A stretch of DNA of 64,000 nucleotides, taken from positions 108,421 to 172,420 of the forward strand of contig CAYQKV010000002.1 of NCBI GenBank assembly GCA_964418255.1. Direction: 5' to 3'. This document shows, piece after piece, positions 1 through 8,582 of this stretch (position 1 is its first letter; every line of letters begins with the position of its first letter). The notes below the pieces were generated by a model, which saw nothing but the letters and a program-made list of their open reading frames with translations, was not told the DNA's origin and did not search any database. Origin of the DNA: an uncultured Christensenella sp. (GTDB lineage: Bacteria > Bacillota > Clostridia > Christensenellales > DTU072). The translations under genes and the position numbers were made by a program.

Positions 1-194
1 CCGTACCCGAGATGCTTGAAAAAGCGGACCATATAGTCGCGAAGATGAAGGAAGACGACCCGTCTCTGCTCGGCAAATCTCAGCGTCATTTCTATTCCTG
101 GCAGAAACTTCTCGTAGGCGCAATCAATCAGTCAAACGTCGCAAAGAACGACAATTCGGACGGAGACGCGTTCGGAGAAGATTTCGAGATATAA
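1..194 (+). CDS. 3' end of an unidentified CDS entering from upstream of the window
   Basis: Frame is open from the window edge to TAA at 192-194 (ORF track 12..194). No motif recognised. Confidence 0.3.
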   Translation, partial: VPEMLEKADHIVAKMKEDDPSLLGKSQRHFYSWQKLLVGAINQSNVAKNDNSDGDAFGEDFEI

Positions 195-221
195 AGGCGA
201 AAACGGTTGAGGGTGGTAAAA

Positions 222-1904
222 ATGAAAAGAAAATTTACGATTTTTGCGCTTGCGGTCGGTATTGCTATGTGCCTGCTCGCGTTTACGGGGTGTAGCGGCG
301 AATGTAAAGTTCACGAGTTTACCTCGGCGGAATGTATATGGAACGACGACGGAACCGCGCTTGTCGTGGCGACGTGCGGCGTATGCGGAGGGCAGATTAC
401 CGAACAGGCGGCGGTGAGCGAGACTGTGACCAAACAACCTACCTGCACGCAAAGCGGAACGCTTAAAAGAACGGCTACCGTCAGCATAGGCGGCAATACG
501 TTCAACACTTTCGAGTCGCCGGAGCAGCAGATTAAACCCGTGGGGCACGACTACGGCGCGACGAAATACACGTGGAGAGAACAAGGCGGCGTGCAATATT
601 GCAAAGCGAGTAAATCCTGCGCGCACTGCAACGATAAAATTGAAGAGGAAGTCGCATCAAGAAAGGTGACAACCGCGCCGACCTGTTATAGGGAAGGGGA
701 AAACGAATACACCGCTACCTTTACAAAGGGTTTCAAAACCGCTCAAAAGACGGAAAGCATAGCGAAAACCGCGCATAATTACGGCAACAATATCACGTAT
801 ACCTGGAAAAATCATAAATGTACCGCGACGGAATCCTGCCTTGTGTGCGGAGAAAAACGCACGGTAAGCGCGGCGTCGGTCGTGTACGAAGAAGTGCGCG
901 CGGCGACCTGCACCGAGGACGGAGTGGGAAGAAACGTAGCTACGTTTACCGATTCCAAATTCGCTACGCAGACCGAGACGGTGACTATCCCCAAACACCA
1001 CGACTACGGCGAGCCCGAATGTCGTTGGGACGCGGGACACACCGAGTGTACGGCAAAGAGTGTGTGCGTTAGGTGCGGAGACGAAGTATATAAAACCGCC
1101 AACGCGTCCGATATAAAGATAGCTATTACCAAAGCGGCGACCTGCACGGAAGACGGAGAACGCGTTTATTCGGCGACGTTCGAGTTTGACGGGAAAAGGT
1201 ATACGAGCAACGATAGAGAGGTTATTCCGTCCAAAGGCGGGCACGACTACGGCGAAATCGTCTATTTATGGAGCGCGGACTATCGCACTTGCACGGCGAA
1301 AAAAGTCTGTAAGGAGTGCGGAGACAAGATAAGCGAAGTGCAAAGCGCGACTTCGACTGTGACGAAAAACCCGACCTGCACGGAAGACGGAAATATGAAG
1401 TATACCGTAAGTTTCGTAAACGAGGAATTCGTAGGGCAGACCAAAGAGGTTATTATTCCGAGAAAAGGACACAGCCAAGGAAAAGTTGATTATCTGTGGA
1501 ACGACAATCATACGAGTTGTACGGTAAAAATTTACTGCTCGGCGTGCGACGAAGTCTACTACGAAGAGACGACGGACAATATCACGAACACGGTTATAAA
1601 AGAACCTACCTGCTCGGAAAAAGGCGAGAGGAGATACGTCGCCGTATTCTCGCGCTCGGACCTTAGAGACGTAGAATACGTGGAGGAAACCGCTACGCAT
1701 AAGTACGACAAACCGACGTACAGATATTTCTGGGAAGACGGCGTGCTTAAATGCGAAGCGTCGAAAACCTGCGTATTCGGCGAAACAGTAAGCGAAATAG
1801 CGACGGGTAAATTCGTCAGCGACAACGGCAAAGTGAAGTTCGTCGTAGAGTTCGAGGACGAGGACTTCGAAACGCAAACTTACGAAATAACTATAAGCGA
1901 ATAA
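222..1904 (+). CDS. Cys-rich tandem-repeat lipoprotein (about 7 repeats of about 75 aa), function unknown
   Basis: ATG at 222 follows gagggtgg. Signal peptide with lipobox LLAFTG-C. Repeats share HDYG..Y.W....C.A...C..CG......PTCTEDG...Y.A.F. The upstream TTG at 207 is less likely as the start. Confidence 0.8.
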   Translation: MKRKFTIFALAVGIAMCLLAFTGCSGECKVHEFTSAECIWNDDGTALVVATCGVCGGQITEQAAVSETVTKQPTCTQSGTLKRTATVSIGGNTFNTFESPEQQIKPVGHDYGATKYTWREQGGVQYCKASKSCAHCNDKIEEEVASRKVTTAPTCYREGENEYTATFTKGFKTAQKTESIAKTAHNYGNNITYTWKNHKCTATESCLVCGEKRTVSAASVVYEEVRAATCTEDGVGRNVATFTDSKFATQTETVTIPKHHDYGEPECRWDAGHTECTAKSVCVRCGDEVYKTANASDIKIAITKAATCTEDGERVYSATFEFDGKRYTSNDREVIPSKGGHDYGEIVYLWSADYRTCTAKKVCKECGDKISEVQSATSTVTKNPTCTEDGNMKYTVSFVNEEFVGQTKEVIIPRKGHSQGKVDYLWNDNHTSCTVKIYCSACDEVYYEETTDNITNTVIKEPTCSEKGERRYVAVFSRSDLRDVEYVEETATHKYDKPTYRYFWEDGVLKCEASKTCVFGETVSEIATGKFVSDNGKVKFVVEFEDEDFETQTYEITISE

Positions 1905-1993
1905 GTATAAGGGAGAAAAGCGGGCGACGCGAATGCGGCGCCCGTAAACGGAATAAGACGAGTCGTTTTATAACAACAGTCCGAGTTCCGACA

Positions 1994-2030
1994 AACAAGG
2001 CGTTGCCGTAAGGGACGCCTTGTTTGTATA
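1994..2030 (+). terminator. Rho-independent terminator after the Cys-rich lipoprotein gene
   Basis: Stem aacaaggcgt/acgccttgtt followed by a T-rich tract ttgtatat. Confidence 0.6.
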
Positions 2031-2222
2031 TAATAAACGGAAAGAGAGAAAACGAAAATAAAACGGTAGGCAAAATCGAGACGAAAACGCCGCCGTCCGT
2101 CCGCGAAAATATACGAAAGGGAAACAAATGTCGAAACAAAGTAAAACCGAGTTTACGGCGGGATTTTCGAGGAATTCGCAGCAATGAAAGGACAAGGAAA
2201 GGACGCGGTTTGAATTATAATG

Positions 2223-2256
2223 AAAGAGACTGTTCGCGAATGCGGACAGTCTCTTT
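2223..2256 (-). terminator. Terminator hairpin downstream of the dihydroxyacetone kinase gene
   Basis: Stem aaagagactgt/acagtctcttt, 27 nt past the stop of the minus-strand gene. The U-tract is weak. Confidence 0.5.
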
Positions 2257-2282
2257 ACGTTGGTTATAAGTGAGAGTTGTTA

Positions 2283-4112
2283 TTAAAAGTTTTTGATATA
2301 AGCGGCGAGTTCGTTGAAGATAACGTCTAAGCCGTGCGCGCCTGCGTCGGGATAACCGATACTGCGTTCGCCGACCGTTCCCGCTCTTCCGAGGGTAGCG
2401 ACGTGAGATTTGGTAGCCTCCGCGCCTTCGTGAGCCGCTTTCGCGCCGAGGTCTAAGCCTTCTTGCAGTTTCTTGCCGTCTTTCGCCGCTTTGGTAAGAG
2501 CGATAGCGCAGGGTTTCAACGCGTCTACGAGGGTCTTGTCTCCGATGTCCGCGCCTTTGCCGAAGCTCTTTTTACCGGTTTCGTAAACGCCTCTGTTGGC
2601 TTCGGTGAAGAGGAACGCAACGTCGGTGAGGTTTACTTCTTTCTTGCCGAGCATCGCTTTTCCTGCGTATTTGAACGCGGAACCCCAGATAGGACCGGAC
2701 GCGCCGCCGCAGTATTCTTTGATGATTTCCGAGCAGCTTACGAGGAACTGACCGATGTCGCCTTTCTTTCTCGTCGCCCAGTCCGCTTTGAGCTGTCTGA
2801 AACCTTTCGCAATGCTCATTCCGAAGTCTCCGTCGCCCATTTTGTCGGCTTCGCAGAAGGGAACTTCGTTTTCGATGATTACGTCCGCCATTTTTTCCAC
2901 GATTTTAACGAAAGCCGCGGTGTTAATGGTTTCTCCGATAGCGGGGGTGCCTTCCACTTCGTAAACGGCGTTGGCGTCGTCTTCTTCGGCAGCCGCTTTT
3001 TTGGCTTTCTTAGCCGCGGGAGCAACCGCGCCGGGAGTGATGTTGAGGGCTTTCGCGATAGCGTTCATAGCTTCTACCGCCGCTTCAGCCTGCGCGCCCA
3101 TAGCCGCGCCCCAAGTGAGTGCGGGAGTGCTTACCGGATAATCTACGAGCTTTTTGAGTTCGTCGTCTACTCTTAATACGGTAACCGACGCGCCCGCCAT
3201 ATCGATGGACGTCATATAGTTGCCGACCATAGTGCGGTGAATTTTAATTCCGTCCGCTTCGAGAGCTTTGGTTACGGAGTTGTTGAGGATATAGAGTTCC
3301 TGCAACGGGCTTCCGCCGAAACCGTTGATGAGAAGAACTACTTCTTCGCCGGATTTAAGTTTGAGGTCTTCTTCGAGGTCTTTAACTATTCTCACCGAGA
3401 GGTCGTCGCAGAACGTGCCTTTCGAATAGTCGATTTTTTCACGGAAACGTCCGGGTTCGCCGTGGATGCCTACGCCGAATTCCATTTCGTCGTCGCCGAT
3501 TTCAAACGTCGGATGTCCCGCCGCCGGAACGGTGCAGGAGGTGAACGCGAAACCGAAACTTCTTACGTTTTCGATAACTTTGTTGGCTACGGCTTTGACT
3601 TCTTCGAGTTCTTTGCCTTGTTCCGCCGCCGCGCCCGCGCATTTATGAACGAGTACGGTTCCCGCAACGCCTCTGCGACCTACGGTGTAAAGGCTGTCTT
3701 TAACGGCGATATCGTCGTTTACGTAAACCGCGTCTACTTTGATTCCGTCTTCCTGAGCGTCCGCCATAGCGTTGTTGAAGTTCATACAGTCGCCCGAGTA
3801 GTTCTTTATAATGAGGAGAACGCCCTTGTCGGTAGCGCATTTTTTAATCGCGTTGTAGACCTGTACCTGGCTGGGAGAAGCGAAAACGTCTCCGCAAACC
3901 GCGCAGTCGAGCATTCCTTTGCCTACGAAACCCGCGTGAGCAGGTTCGTGTCCCGAACCGCCGCCGGATATAAGGCTGACTTTGTCGTCGTTTATTTCAA
4001 CTTTCTTAACGATTTTGAACTTTTCTACGAATTCGAGGTCGGGATGAGCTTTCGCCAGTCCGTGACACATATCGTATACGAAAGTTTCGGGGGTGTTCAT
4101 TATTTTTTTCAT
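2283..4112 (-). CDS. dhaK: Dihydroxyacetone (glycerone) kinase, single-chain DhaK+DhaL (Dak1+Dak2) type
   Basis: 609 aa. The N-terminal Dak1-like region contains SGGGSGHEPAH. An Ala/Lys-rich linker (AAKKAKKAAAEEDD) precedes a C-terminal Dak2-like half (DGDFG, GASGPIWG). RBS aaaggaga. Sits immediately downstream of gldA. Confidence 0.9.
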   Translation of the reverse strand: MKKIMNTPETFVYDMCHGLAKAHPDLEFVEKFKIVKKVEINDDKVSLISGGGSGHEPAHAGFVGKGMLDCAVCGDVFASPSQVQVYNAIKKCATDKGVLLIIKNYSGDCMNFNNAMADAQEDGIKVDAVYVNDDIAVKDSLYTVGRRGVAGTVLVHKCAGAAAEQGKELEEVKAVANKVIENVRSFGFAFTSCTVPAAGHPTFEIGDDEMEFGVGIHGEPGRFREKIDYSKGTFCDDLSVRIVKDLEEDLKLKSGEEVVLLINGFGGSPLQELYILNNSVTKALEADGIKIHRTMVGNYMTSIDMAGASVTVLRVDDELKKLVDYPVSTPALTWGAAMGAQAEAAVEAMNAIAKALNITPGAVAPAAKKAKKAAAEEDDANAVYEVEGTPAIGETINTAAFVKIVEKMADVIIENEVPFCEADKMGDGDFGMSIAKGFRQLKADWATRKKGDIGQFLVSCSEIIKEYCGGASGPIWGSAFKYAGKAMLGKKEVNLTDVAFLFTEANRGVYETGKKSFGKGADIGDKTLVDALKPCAIALTKAAKDGKKLQEGLDLGAKAAHEGAEATKSHVATLGRAGTVGERSIGYPDAGAHGLDVIFNELAAYIKNF

Positions 4113-4139
4113 TTCAGAAATCTCCTTTAATTCGAAAAT

Positions 4140-4173
4140 GACGTTACGACCGAGAAATCTCGGGCGTAACGTC
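4140..4173 (-). terminator. Intercistronic hairpin between gldA and the kinase gene (possible attenuator or processing site)
   Basis: 9-bp stem gacgttacg/cgtaacgtc with an inner ccgag/ctcgg stem. On the minus strand only a short attttc tract follows. Confidence 0.35.
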
Positions 4174-4192
4174 GAAATCGTGTTTTAATGGC

Positions 4193-5332
4193 TTATTCGC
4201 CGTATTTGTAGTCGTAACCGATTTTGTCTGCGGTCTTGATAGCCGCGGCAACCATATCGACCGTCACGGGGAAGGGCATATTGTGAATGGATTCGTCGGG
4301 GATGCAGGTCTTTTCCGCGATAGCTTTGAGCATTTCGTCGTCGATGGAATCGGTGCCGATGTCCTTCAAGCATACGGGAAGTCCTACCGTCAGGCAGAAA
4401 GCGAGAACTTCGTAGAGCTCTTCTTCGGGAGCGTTTTCGAGGACGAGCTGGCAGATTGTTCCGAACGCAACCATTTCGCCGTGGAAGTATTTGGTGTGCG
4501 AGGGAAGCAACGTAAGTCCGTCGTGGATAGCGTGAGCAGCCGCAAGACCGCCGCTTTCGAAACCGAGACCGGAAAGAAGAATGTTGGTTTCGATGATTTT
4601 TTCAAGAGCGGGAGTAACGACTTTGTTTTCGCAAGCCGCAACCGCTTTCGCACCGTCGGAAAGAAGTGTCTGATAGCAAAGGGTTGCGAGAGCCATAGAC
4701 GCCATCGTGCCGTATCCGAGAAGAGTTCCCTTAGCGCGGTTAGCTCCGCAGGGAAGTCCCGCGTTTACGTTGCTGAAAGACCTTTCGTTCGCGCGAGCTT
4801 CGAAATAGGTGCTCAGAGCGTCGCCCATACCGCTGATAAGGAAACGGGCGGGAGCGTTGGCGATAACTTTGGTATCGATAAGAACTACGCTGGGGTTCTG
4901 ACGGAAATACGCGTAGTCGTCGAAGTGATGGTCGTCGGTATAGAGAACCGCGCTGTGCGAAGTGGGAGCGTCGGTAGCCGCAATCGTCGGGCAGATGATA
5001 AGGTTGCTGCCTTGCGCTACGCATTTAGCAGTGTCGATGGCTTTTCCGCCGCCGAGACCGATGGTGCAGGCGCATTTGTTTTCTTTCGCAAAATCCTGCA
5101 ATGCTTTTACTACGTTACGGGAACATTCGCCTTTGAAAATGTCTCCGCAGGGGTAAAATTCAACGCCGTATTTCGCAGCCGTTGCGTCAAGTTTGTCTTT
5201 AACGAGGTTGTATGCGAACGGGTCGGCTATAAGCAACGCCTTTTTCCCGAAAGTTTTCACAAAATAACCTAAGTTAAGTAATTCGTCCTCGCCTTGAACG
5301 TACTTAGACGGACAGATAAACGCTTTTCTCAT
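4193..5332 (-). CDS. gldA: Glycerol dehydrogenase (iron-containing alcohol dehydrogenase family)
   Basis: 379 aa. Typical GldA N-terminus (FICPSKYVQGEDEL), GLGGGKAIDTAK nucleotide-binding loop, and His ligands (AAHAIHDG, HGEMVAFG). RBS aaggaga. Confidence 0.9.
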   Translation of the reverse strand: MRKAFICPSKYVQGEDELLNLGYFVKTFGKKALLIADPFAYNLVKDKLDATAAKYGVEFYPCGDIFKGECSRNVVKALQDFAKENKCACTIGLGGGKAIDTAKCVAQGSNLIICPTIAATDAPTSHSAVLYTDDHHFDDYAYFRQNPSVVLIDTKVIANAPARFLISGMGDALSTYFEARANERSFSNVNAGLPCGANRAKGTLLGYGTMASMALATLCYQTLLSDGAKAVAACENKVVTPALEKIIETNILLSGLGFESGGLAAAHAIHDGLTLLPSHTKYFHGEMVAFGTICQLVLENAPEEELYEVLAFCLTVGLPVCLKDIGTDSIDDEMLKAIAEKTCIPDESIHNMPFPVTVDMVAAAIKTADKIGYDYKYGE

Positions 5333-5422
5333 AAATCAAATCTCCTTTTTTGATAAATTTTTTCTTTTTTGTCGGCATAACGCCGTTAAAAATATTATAT
5401 CTTATACGGTTAGAACATTTCA

Positions 5423-5452
5423 TTAGACAATCTTATTTTATTATGGTATAAT
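5423..5452 (+). promoter_or_regulatory. Candidate sigma-70 promoter for the AraC-family gene
   Basis: ttagac (5423-5428), 18-nt spacer, tataat (5447-5452). Confidence 0.4.
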
Positions 5453-5486
5453 TTTGACATTACGCGGAATTCTTTAAGGAAGGTTT

Positions 5487-5975
5487 ATGGAAAAAATTTT
5501 TTTGAGCAGCCCTAAAGAGGTGTTGGCGGCGATAGAAAAGGAAAAAAAACTGGCGATTTTCGAGGTTGACGACGACGGAAAACCGATTTTTCCCATAAGT
5601 GAAATAAATGTAAAAAAAATCGGGATTTTGCCTAAAAATCGCGAAATCATAAAACCCGCGGTAAAATACGTGCACGAACACTTTAATAAGGAAATAAGGC
5701 TGGATATGCTCGCTGGGCTGTGCGACGTGTCGAAGAGTTATTTTTGCAGACTGTTCAAGGAAGCGTACGGCATAGGCGTGGCGGCGTACGTAATTAAACT
5801 GCGTATGGACGAGGCGTGCCGCCTGCTGGAAAAAACCGACAGTTCGGTCGTCGCGATAGCGTTCGAGGTCGGATACGTCGATTGCGGATATTTCAATAAA
5901 CTTTTCAAAAAAAACGTAGGGTGCACCCCGCTCGAATACAGACGGCAGCCGAGGTTTGTCTTTATCGACGCGTAA
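5487..5975 (+). CDS. AraC-family transcriptional regulator, divergent from gldA-dhaK
   Basis: C-terminal double HTH typical of AraC/XylS (SKSYFCRLFKEAYG..., IAFEVGYVDCGYFNKLFKKNVGCTPLEYR). Confidence 0.85.
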   Translation: MEKIFLSSPKEVLAAIEKEKKLAIFEVDDDGKPIFPISEINVKKIGILPKNREIIKPAVKYVHEHFNKEIRLDMLAGLCDVSKSYFCRLFKEAYGIGVAAYVIKLRMDEACRLLEKTDSSVVAIAFEVGYVDCGYFNKLFKKNVGCTPLEYRRQPRFVFIDA

Positions 5976-6147
5976 TTTTCGGAAAAAACACGGAGTGGAG
6001 AGATTGCGTTGATTTTTTTCGTAAGTGAACCGTCGCTGTACCGACGTACAGAAATATCACCCCCAAAAGCATATATCTTTTCGGGGACCCCGACTAAACT
6101 TACGGAAAAGTGGAAAAAACTCAGATTTTGTCCGCTTTTTACTGCTT

Positions 6148-6346
6148 AAATACTCAAAAAGTAAAAATCGCACTTTTTACTTTTTGCCCTTATGGGGTTC
6201 GAGCAAGGGGAAACCCCTTGCGAACTTACATAACAAGCGGAACGGTACGCTCCGCTTCCTTGTAAGTCCGACTTGCGTGGATAAAGATTTTATCGGCACA
6301 AAGATTAGCGACTTGCCGTAAAATCCCGCGCAACGTCTGGTCGGAA
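6148..6346 (+). repeat. Structured repeat element, subfamily 1, copy 1 (orientation A on + strand)
   Basis: Homologous to 17326-17531(-), 48275-48475(+) and 57230-57428(+). Hairpins: caaaaagtaaaaa/tttttactttttg, gcaagggg/ccccttgc, aagcggaacg/cgctccgctt. Long 3' helix: tccgac..ttgcgtgg..gattttatcggca / tgccgtaaaatc..ccgcgcaa..gtcgga. Confidence 0.85.
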
Positions 6347-6614
6347 AATTTCCGGGCGTAAAGCAACGCGATATATACACTCGTAAAAAGCATATTGACA
6401 AGTAATATTTTATCGCTTACCATAAAATAAATAGGGGTTTAATAATTGATTTCGCACAAAACGGAATCGAAGAAGACGGCTTATTGACAATTTTTGAGAG
6501 GAAAAAATTTTTTTTTACAAATTTCGTGGACAAAACGGCTTGTCGGATTGTTATAGTTTATAGGTGAAAAAAACCGACACTATAAACGCTATAAGAGGAG
6601 GCGTCGGAGCGGAG

Positions 6615-7202
6615 ATGTTTATATCAAAACGGCACAAGAAGAATATTTTACCTTTGCTTATAACGGTACTGCTCGCGATAACTTTTATGTTGTCTTTTGT
6701 CGGGTGCCGGAAACAATATGATAATAAATACAATAACAAATACAATGCGGCTATACTGTACTCCGAATATAAATTCCGAGAAGGATTTCTTCAAGAAAAC
6801 GTTACTCGCGGAAGTTACGGTCATTACTGGGATGAAAACAGAAAAGGGTGCCAAAGCGAAACGGACGATTATAGTTCGAAAGAGGTCGACGACGGTTTGC
6901 CGAAGACAATACTTCGCGTTATAAATACCGAGGAAGAAGCGGACGCCGTTTTTTTCGAGCTGCCCGAAGACGTGGATTTTGAAAAACATACCGTGTGCGT
7001 TTACGTATTTACCACTACGTGTTATCGTCAATGCCTGGTGAAAATGTCGGGTTTGCAAAATGGCATTTTAAGCATTTACTTTGATTTCGAAAAAGATAAA
7101 CATCCGAATGCAGACAGTGCGACTATGCCGAGTTCCAAACATTTAGTCATCAAAGTCGACAAGGTAAACGCAGACAAGATAGAAATTGTTAAAATGAGTT
7201 AA
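6615..7202 (+). CDS. Hypothetical lipoprotein
   Basis: Signal peptide with lipobox MLSFVG-C. The ATG at 6615 is preferred over the GTG at 6564 used in the track. No functional motif recognised. Confidence 0.6.
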   Translation: MFISKRHKKNILPLLITVLLAITFMLSFVGCRKQYDNKYNNKYNAAILYSEYKFREGFLQENVTRGSYGHYWDENRKGCQSETDDYSSKEVDDGLPKTILRVINTEEEADAVFFELPEDVDFEKHTVCVYVFTTTCYRQCLVKMSGLQNGILSIYFDFEKDKHPNADSATMPSSKHLVIKVDKVNADKIEIVKMS

Positions 7203-7341
7203 TTGTATCGTTTTATCACAGATATAACAACGAAGTATATTTAGCGCAATAATACAACTAAAATGAGAAAAGTTTAAGGGGACATTACGAATTAAAATTG
7301 TGTAAATATAAGGTTGTAAACGGACGTTTGGCAGGGTACAC

Positions 7342-7373
7342 GAAAAGCGCGGCAGATTTTGCCGCGCTTTTTC
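7342..7373. terminator. Bidirectional terminator between convergent genes (lipoprotein and corA)
   Basis: Stem gaaaagcgcggc/gccgcgcttttc, flanked by A-runs and T-runs on both strands. Confidence 0.7.
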
Positions 7374-7407
7374 GAGTTGTTTTAACGTAAAGCCATATTT
7401 ATGGAAA

Positions 7408-8385
7408 TTACATAAGTTTTTTGCGTTTGAGTATCCAGGCTATTACCACGGCGAGTATCATAGAAACGCCGGTTACTACGCCGAACGCCCAGGGAGCGTT
7501 TTTCGCGCCGGGAATTCCGTCGAGGTTCATACCGAACAGGCTTGCGATTAACGTAGGCACGGAAATGATGAGCGTGATTGAAGTAAGCACTTTCATTACT
7601 ATATTGAGGTTGTTGCTGATTACCGAGGCGTACGCGTCCATAGTCCCGCTTAAAATGTCGCGGTAAATGTTACACATTTCTATTGCCTGGCTGTTTTCTA
7701 TCGCTACGTCTTCGATTAAGTCCTGGTCTTCTTCGTGTTTTTTGATGAGGCTCGTGCGCGTAAGTTTATCGATTATCGCCGAGTTCGCTCGCAGAGAAGT
7801 GGAAAAATATACGAGGGAGTTTTCGATATCGAGCAATTCGATAAGTTCTTTATTCTTCATCGACTTGTGCAATTCGGTTTGGATTCTCTGGCTGCTTTTG
7901 TCGATTCTTCTGAGATAAAAAAGGTATTTGGTCGCTATCTGGAAAAGCAGTTGAAAGGTCGTGCGGCTGTGCATTTGGAGTTTTACGCCTTTTACCTTGC
8001 TCATTCCCTGTCCGAATTCCTGTAAAATAGGCGAATCTTCGAGGCAAACCGTTACGAAGAAGTTATCGCGCATAATTATGCCGAGAGGGATTGTCGAATA
8101 GGTGCAGTACGATTTTTTTTCGTCCATAATCACCGTGGGAATGTCGACGACGATAAGAAGGCAGTCGTCTTCTTTTTCTATACGGGAACGTTCCTCTTCG
8201 TCCAACGCCGCTTTGAGAAAATCGGGGAAAATTCCCGTTTTACTTGCGATAAAATCGATTTCACGTTCGTCCGGGTTTATAAGTTGAACCCATTTGTTGG
8301 AAAAATCGGAACTCTCGTTAATGAGTTCCTTAGGAACTTTCGTTACTCTGCCGGAATTAGTATCCGTGTAACAAACGCTAATCAT
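7408..8385 (-). CDS. corA: CorA-family Mg2+/Co2+ transporter
   Basis: 325 aa. C-terminal two TM helices carrying the signature GMN motif (LFGMNLDG). Confidence 0.85.
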   Translation of the reverse strand: MISVCYTDTNSGRVTKVPKELINESSDFSNKWVQLINPDEREIDFIASKTGIFPDFLKAALDEEERSRIEKEDDCLLIVVDIPTVIMDEKKSYCTYSTIPLGIIMRDNFFVTVCLEDSPILQEFGQGMSKVKGVKLQMHSRTTFQLLFQIATKYLFYLRRIDKSSQRIQTELHKSMKNKELIELLDIENSLVYFSTSLRANSAIIDKLTRTSLIKKHEEDQDLIEDVAIENSQAIEMCNIYRDILSGTMDAYASVISNNLNIVMKVLTSITLIISVPTLIASLFGMNLDGIPGAKNAPWAFGVVTGVSMILAVVIAWILKRKKLM

Positions 8386-8391
8386 AAAAAA

Positions 8392-8512
8392 ACCTCCTAA
8401 TGGCAGTACGCATAAACCCGACGTGCCGTCAGAAGGACTACATCGGGCGTATCAACCTAAACAATATCGACTGTAAGGGTCAGGGTCCATTACGCTACCT
8501 CCGAAAATAATA
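8392..8512 (-). promoter_or_regulatory. Structured 5' leader of corA; possible Mg2+-responsive (M-box-related) element
   Basis: About 120-nt leader with mutually exclusive helices (ctgacg/cgtcgg versus cccga/tcggg). The segment GCGUAAUGG..ACAGUCGAUAU..UAGGUUGAU resembles the M-box core (GCUAAUGGGUCAACAG..AUCGACAUAAGGUGAU). The 5' half of a canonical M-box is not seen. Confidence 0.3.
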
Positions 8513-8517
8513 AAACA

Positions 8518-8546
8518 ATTATATCACCGCAAACCCGCGTTTGCAA
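8518..8546 (-). promoter_or_regulatory. Sigma-70 promoter for corA
   Basis: Read on the minus strand: TTGCAA (8541-8546), 17-nt spacer, TATAAT (8518-8523). Confidence 0.6.
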
Positions 8547-8582
8547 GCCTTTGCCCAAAAAAAATTTCCGTCGAAAAAATCG

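Noticed and set aside
2463-5272. Plus-strand ORFs 2463..3176, 3237..4130 and 4283..5272, opposite dhaK and gldA
   Set aside because: They are antisense to well-supported enzymes, and the translations are low-complexity.
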